DNA of 64,000 nt from Candidatus Omnitrophota bacterium. GTDB taxonomy: Bacteria > Omnitrophota > Omnitrophia > Omnitrophales > Aquincolibacteriaceae. Position 1 is the first letter of the stretch. Each line of letters starts with the position of its first letter. The notes under the pieces were generated by a model. It saw only the letters and a program-made list of their open reading frames with translations, made no database searches and had not been told where the DNA came from. This document shows, one piece after another, positions 62,826 to 64,000 of the stretch. The DNA lies in NCBI GenBank assembly GCA_903819565.1, contig CAIJDY010000030.1, positions 7,128 to 71,127 of the forward strand. Direction: 5' to 3'. The position numbers and the translations under genes were made by a program.

Positions 62826-64000
62826 TTATTTCCCGTAGTTTTGCATCCGCGTCCGCATTTGGGGACTCAATGGTTTGACAAGTTCCGCATTGTACGAACC
62901 CGTTGGCATGGGCTTTATCGTGGGATCCTTCGTCGGATTATAATCAAAGATATCAGCGCCAATGATCTGCCCTGCCGCAATGGCGCAGGAACGCGATATC
63001 GCGGCAAGCGATCCTTCTTTAACCGCAGGATCAACATCGGTCGTCATGATGGAGAGGGTATTGTCGTTATTGAGATAGATCTCAAAAGTGCGAAACTCCT
63101 GAGGAAAATCCCTCAAGGAGGATGTTTCAACCTCCCAGAATCCTTTTTCGGGGGCGTTGACCGGATCGGGCGATATAAACGCTTTAACAATATTTAAATG
63201 GCGATGTCCCGAGATCCATAGGATTAAATTCGGATGGCTTTGCAGTTCAGCGATCAGATCCGGCAGCGTGACGGCATTTTTAGGGTCCGTCCACCAACCC
63301 ATCTCGGACCTGGGCCCGGTCTCTTCGACGTTGATCGGGACGTGCGCCGCGATGATCATGAGCTGGCCGGCCGCATCGCCATCCGCAAGTTCTTTTTTGA
63401 GCCAGTCCCAGCGTGCCGGGTCAAGAAAACCATGCCCATGGATGTCGGCGGAGCCGTCATCTTCCCTTTGGGTATCATCAAGAACAATAACCTTGATCGG
63501 GACTGCCGCCTTTGGGACAAAGCTATAACAGGCAAAACCCTTGGCGGCATCGGCCAGGTTAAAACCGTGGCCAACCGGATCTGAAGACGTTGTAAAAAAT
63601 TCTTTCATCCACTCCGTTCTCAAAAGTGAACGGCGGTCCGGATCGGCCGCGACTTTCGGAGGACTCTTGAAATCTGCGACAGGTCCCGCGTACCGGATAT
63701 CACCGTGAGGGGTCGAACCGTCGAGAACCCCCATATAGTAATCAGGGCTGTTTATTTTTCGGGGGTCCGCAAGAACATCTCCGGCGGCCAAAACCGTATC
63801 GCTGATGTAGGATCGACGGAGGAATTCATCCACAGGGAGCGAACCCATCCAAAAATGATCATGATTGCCAAGGACCTGATACCAAGGGATCGTCTTGTCA
63901 AGCCCTGCCGCCTTGTAGGGTTTCTGATAATCGGTGGTTTCGGCTCCGCGATGAGCCCCGGAACTTGGGGTAATAGTCTTGCCGTCAAGAACATCGATAT
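62826..64000 (-). CDS. Calcineurin-like metallophosphoesterase, 5' end beyond window
   Basis: …VLGNHDHFW… (GNHD), …ISGHRH… (GH-x-H) motifs; reading frame stays open upstream of the ORF-track ATG (63848) to the window edge, so the true N-terminus lies outside. Confidence 0.7.
   Translation of the reverse strand, partial: IDVLDGKTITPSSGAHRGAETTDYQKPYKAAGLDKTIPWYQVLGNHDHFWMGSLPVDEFLRRSYISDTVLAAGDVLADPRKINSPDYYMGVLDGSTPHGDIRYAGPVADFKSPPKVAADPDRRSLLRTEWMKEFFTTSSDPVGHGFNLADAAKGFACYSFVPKAAVPIKVIVLDDTQREDDGSADIHGHGFLDPARWDWLKKELADGDAAGQLMIIAAHVPINVEETGPRSEMGWWTDPKNAVTLPDLIAELQSHPNLILWISGHRHLNIVKAFISPDPVNAPEKGFWEVETSSLRDFPQEFRTFEIYLNNDNTLSIMTTDVDPAVKEGSLAAISRSCAIAAGQIIGADIFDYNPTKDPTIKPMPTGSYNAELVKPLSPQMRTRMQNYGK

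Overview
64 kb of dense, high-GC (roughly 58-60%) bacterial coding DNA on both strands. I recognised no rRNA, tRNA or CRISPR arrays. Two TolC-family outer-membrane factors and lipoprotein/Sec signal peptides point to a Gram-negative-type cell. Rubrerythrin, HemW, a PNPOx-like protein and a hydrogenase/complex-I-like module give it an anaerobe flavour.

Gene order: a DAACS symporter (294-1529), then a tightly packed nine-gene plus-strand block (1772-11669). That block encodes a SulP/STAS anion transporter, an ArsR regulator, an HTH-PTS-EIIA(Ntr-type) fusion, and a six-subunit group-4-hydrogenase/complex-I-like membrane module (NuoL, NuoH, HyfE-like, NuoN/M, NuoCD/HycE-like, NuoB/HycG-like). Its large subunit appears to have lost the canonical Ni-Fe cysteine ligands, and there is no ferredoxin-like (NuoI/HycF) subunit and no hyp maturation genes. 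This is my best candidate for an undescribed system: an Ehr-like, non-hydrogenase energy-coupling module genetically fused to an anion transporter.

Downstream come housekeeping and redox genes (HemW, a signal-peptide rubrerythrin, gpmA, a DEAD-box helicase, a K+-channel-like membrane protein, MFS, RluE-like). Next are a tandem pair of ~660-aa polytopic membrane paralogs followed by an Arn-like nucleotide-sugar to polyprenyl-phosphate-sugar cluster (dehydrogenase, SDR decarboxylase/epimerase, methyltransferase, GT2, with overlapping start/stop codons), and a fused MFS/spermidine-synthase-like protein.

Further on are a tandem array of near-identical CheY-like response regulators (two intact, one frameshifted, one 3' remnant) next to a 1455-aa multi-PAS histidine kinase, two complete tripartite efflux systems (MacAB-TolC-like; MarR-EmrAB-TolC-like), a GT39/ArnT-like TPR glycosyltransferase, and a cluster of secreted or membrane proteins of unknown function. 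The window ends with an aldo/keto reductase-ADH pair behind a recognisable extended -10 promoter whose core is duplicated 8 kb away, a decayed methyltransferase paralog, and a HAD phosphatase and metallophosphoesterase running off the window edge.

All functional calls are from motif and family recognition by eye; no searches were run.
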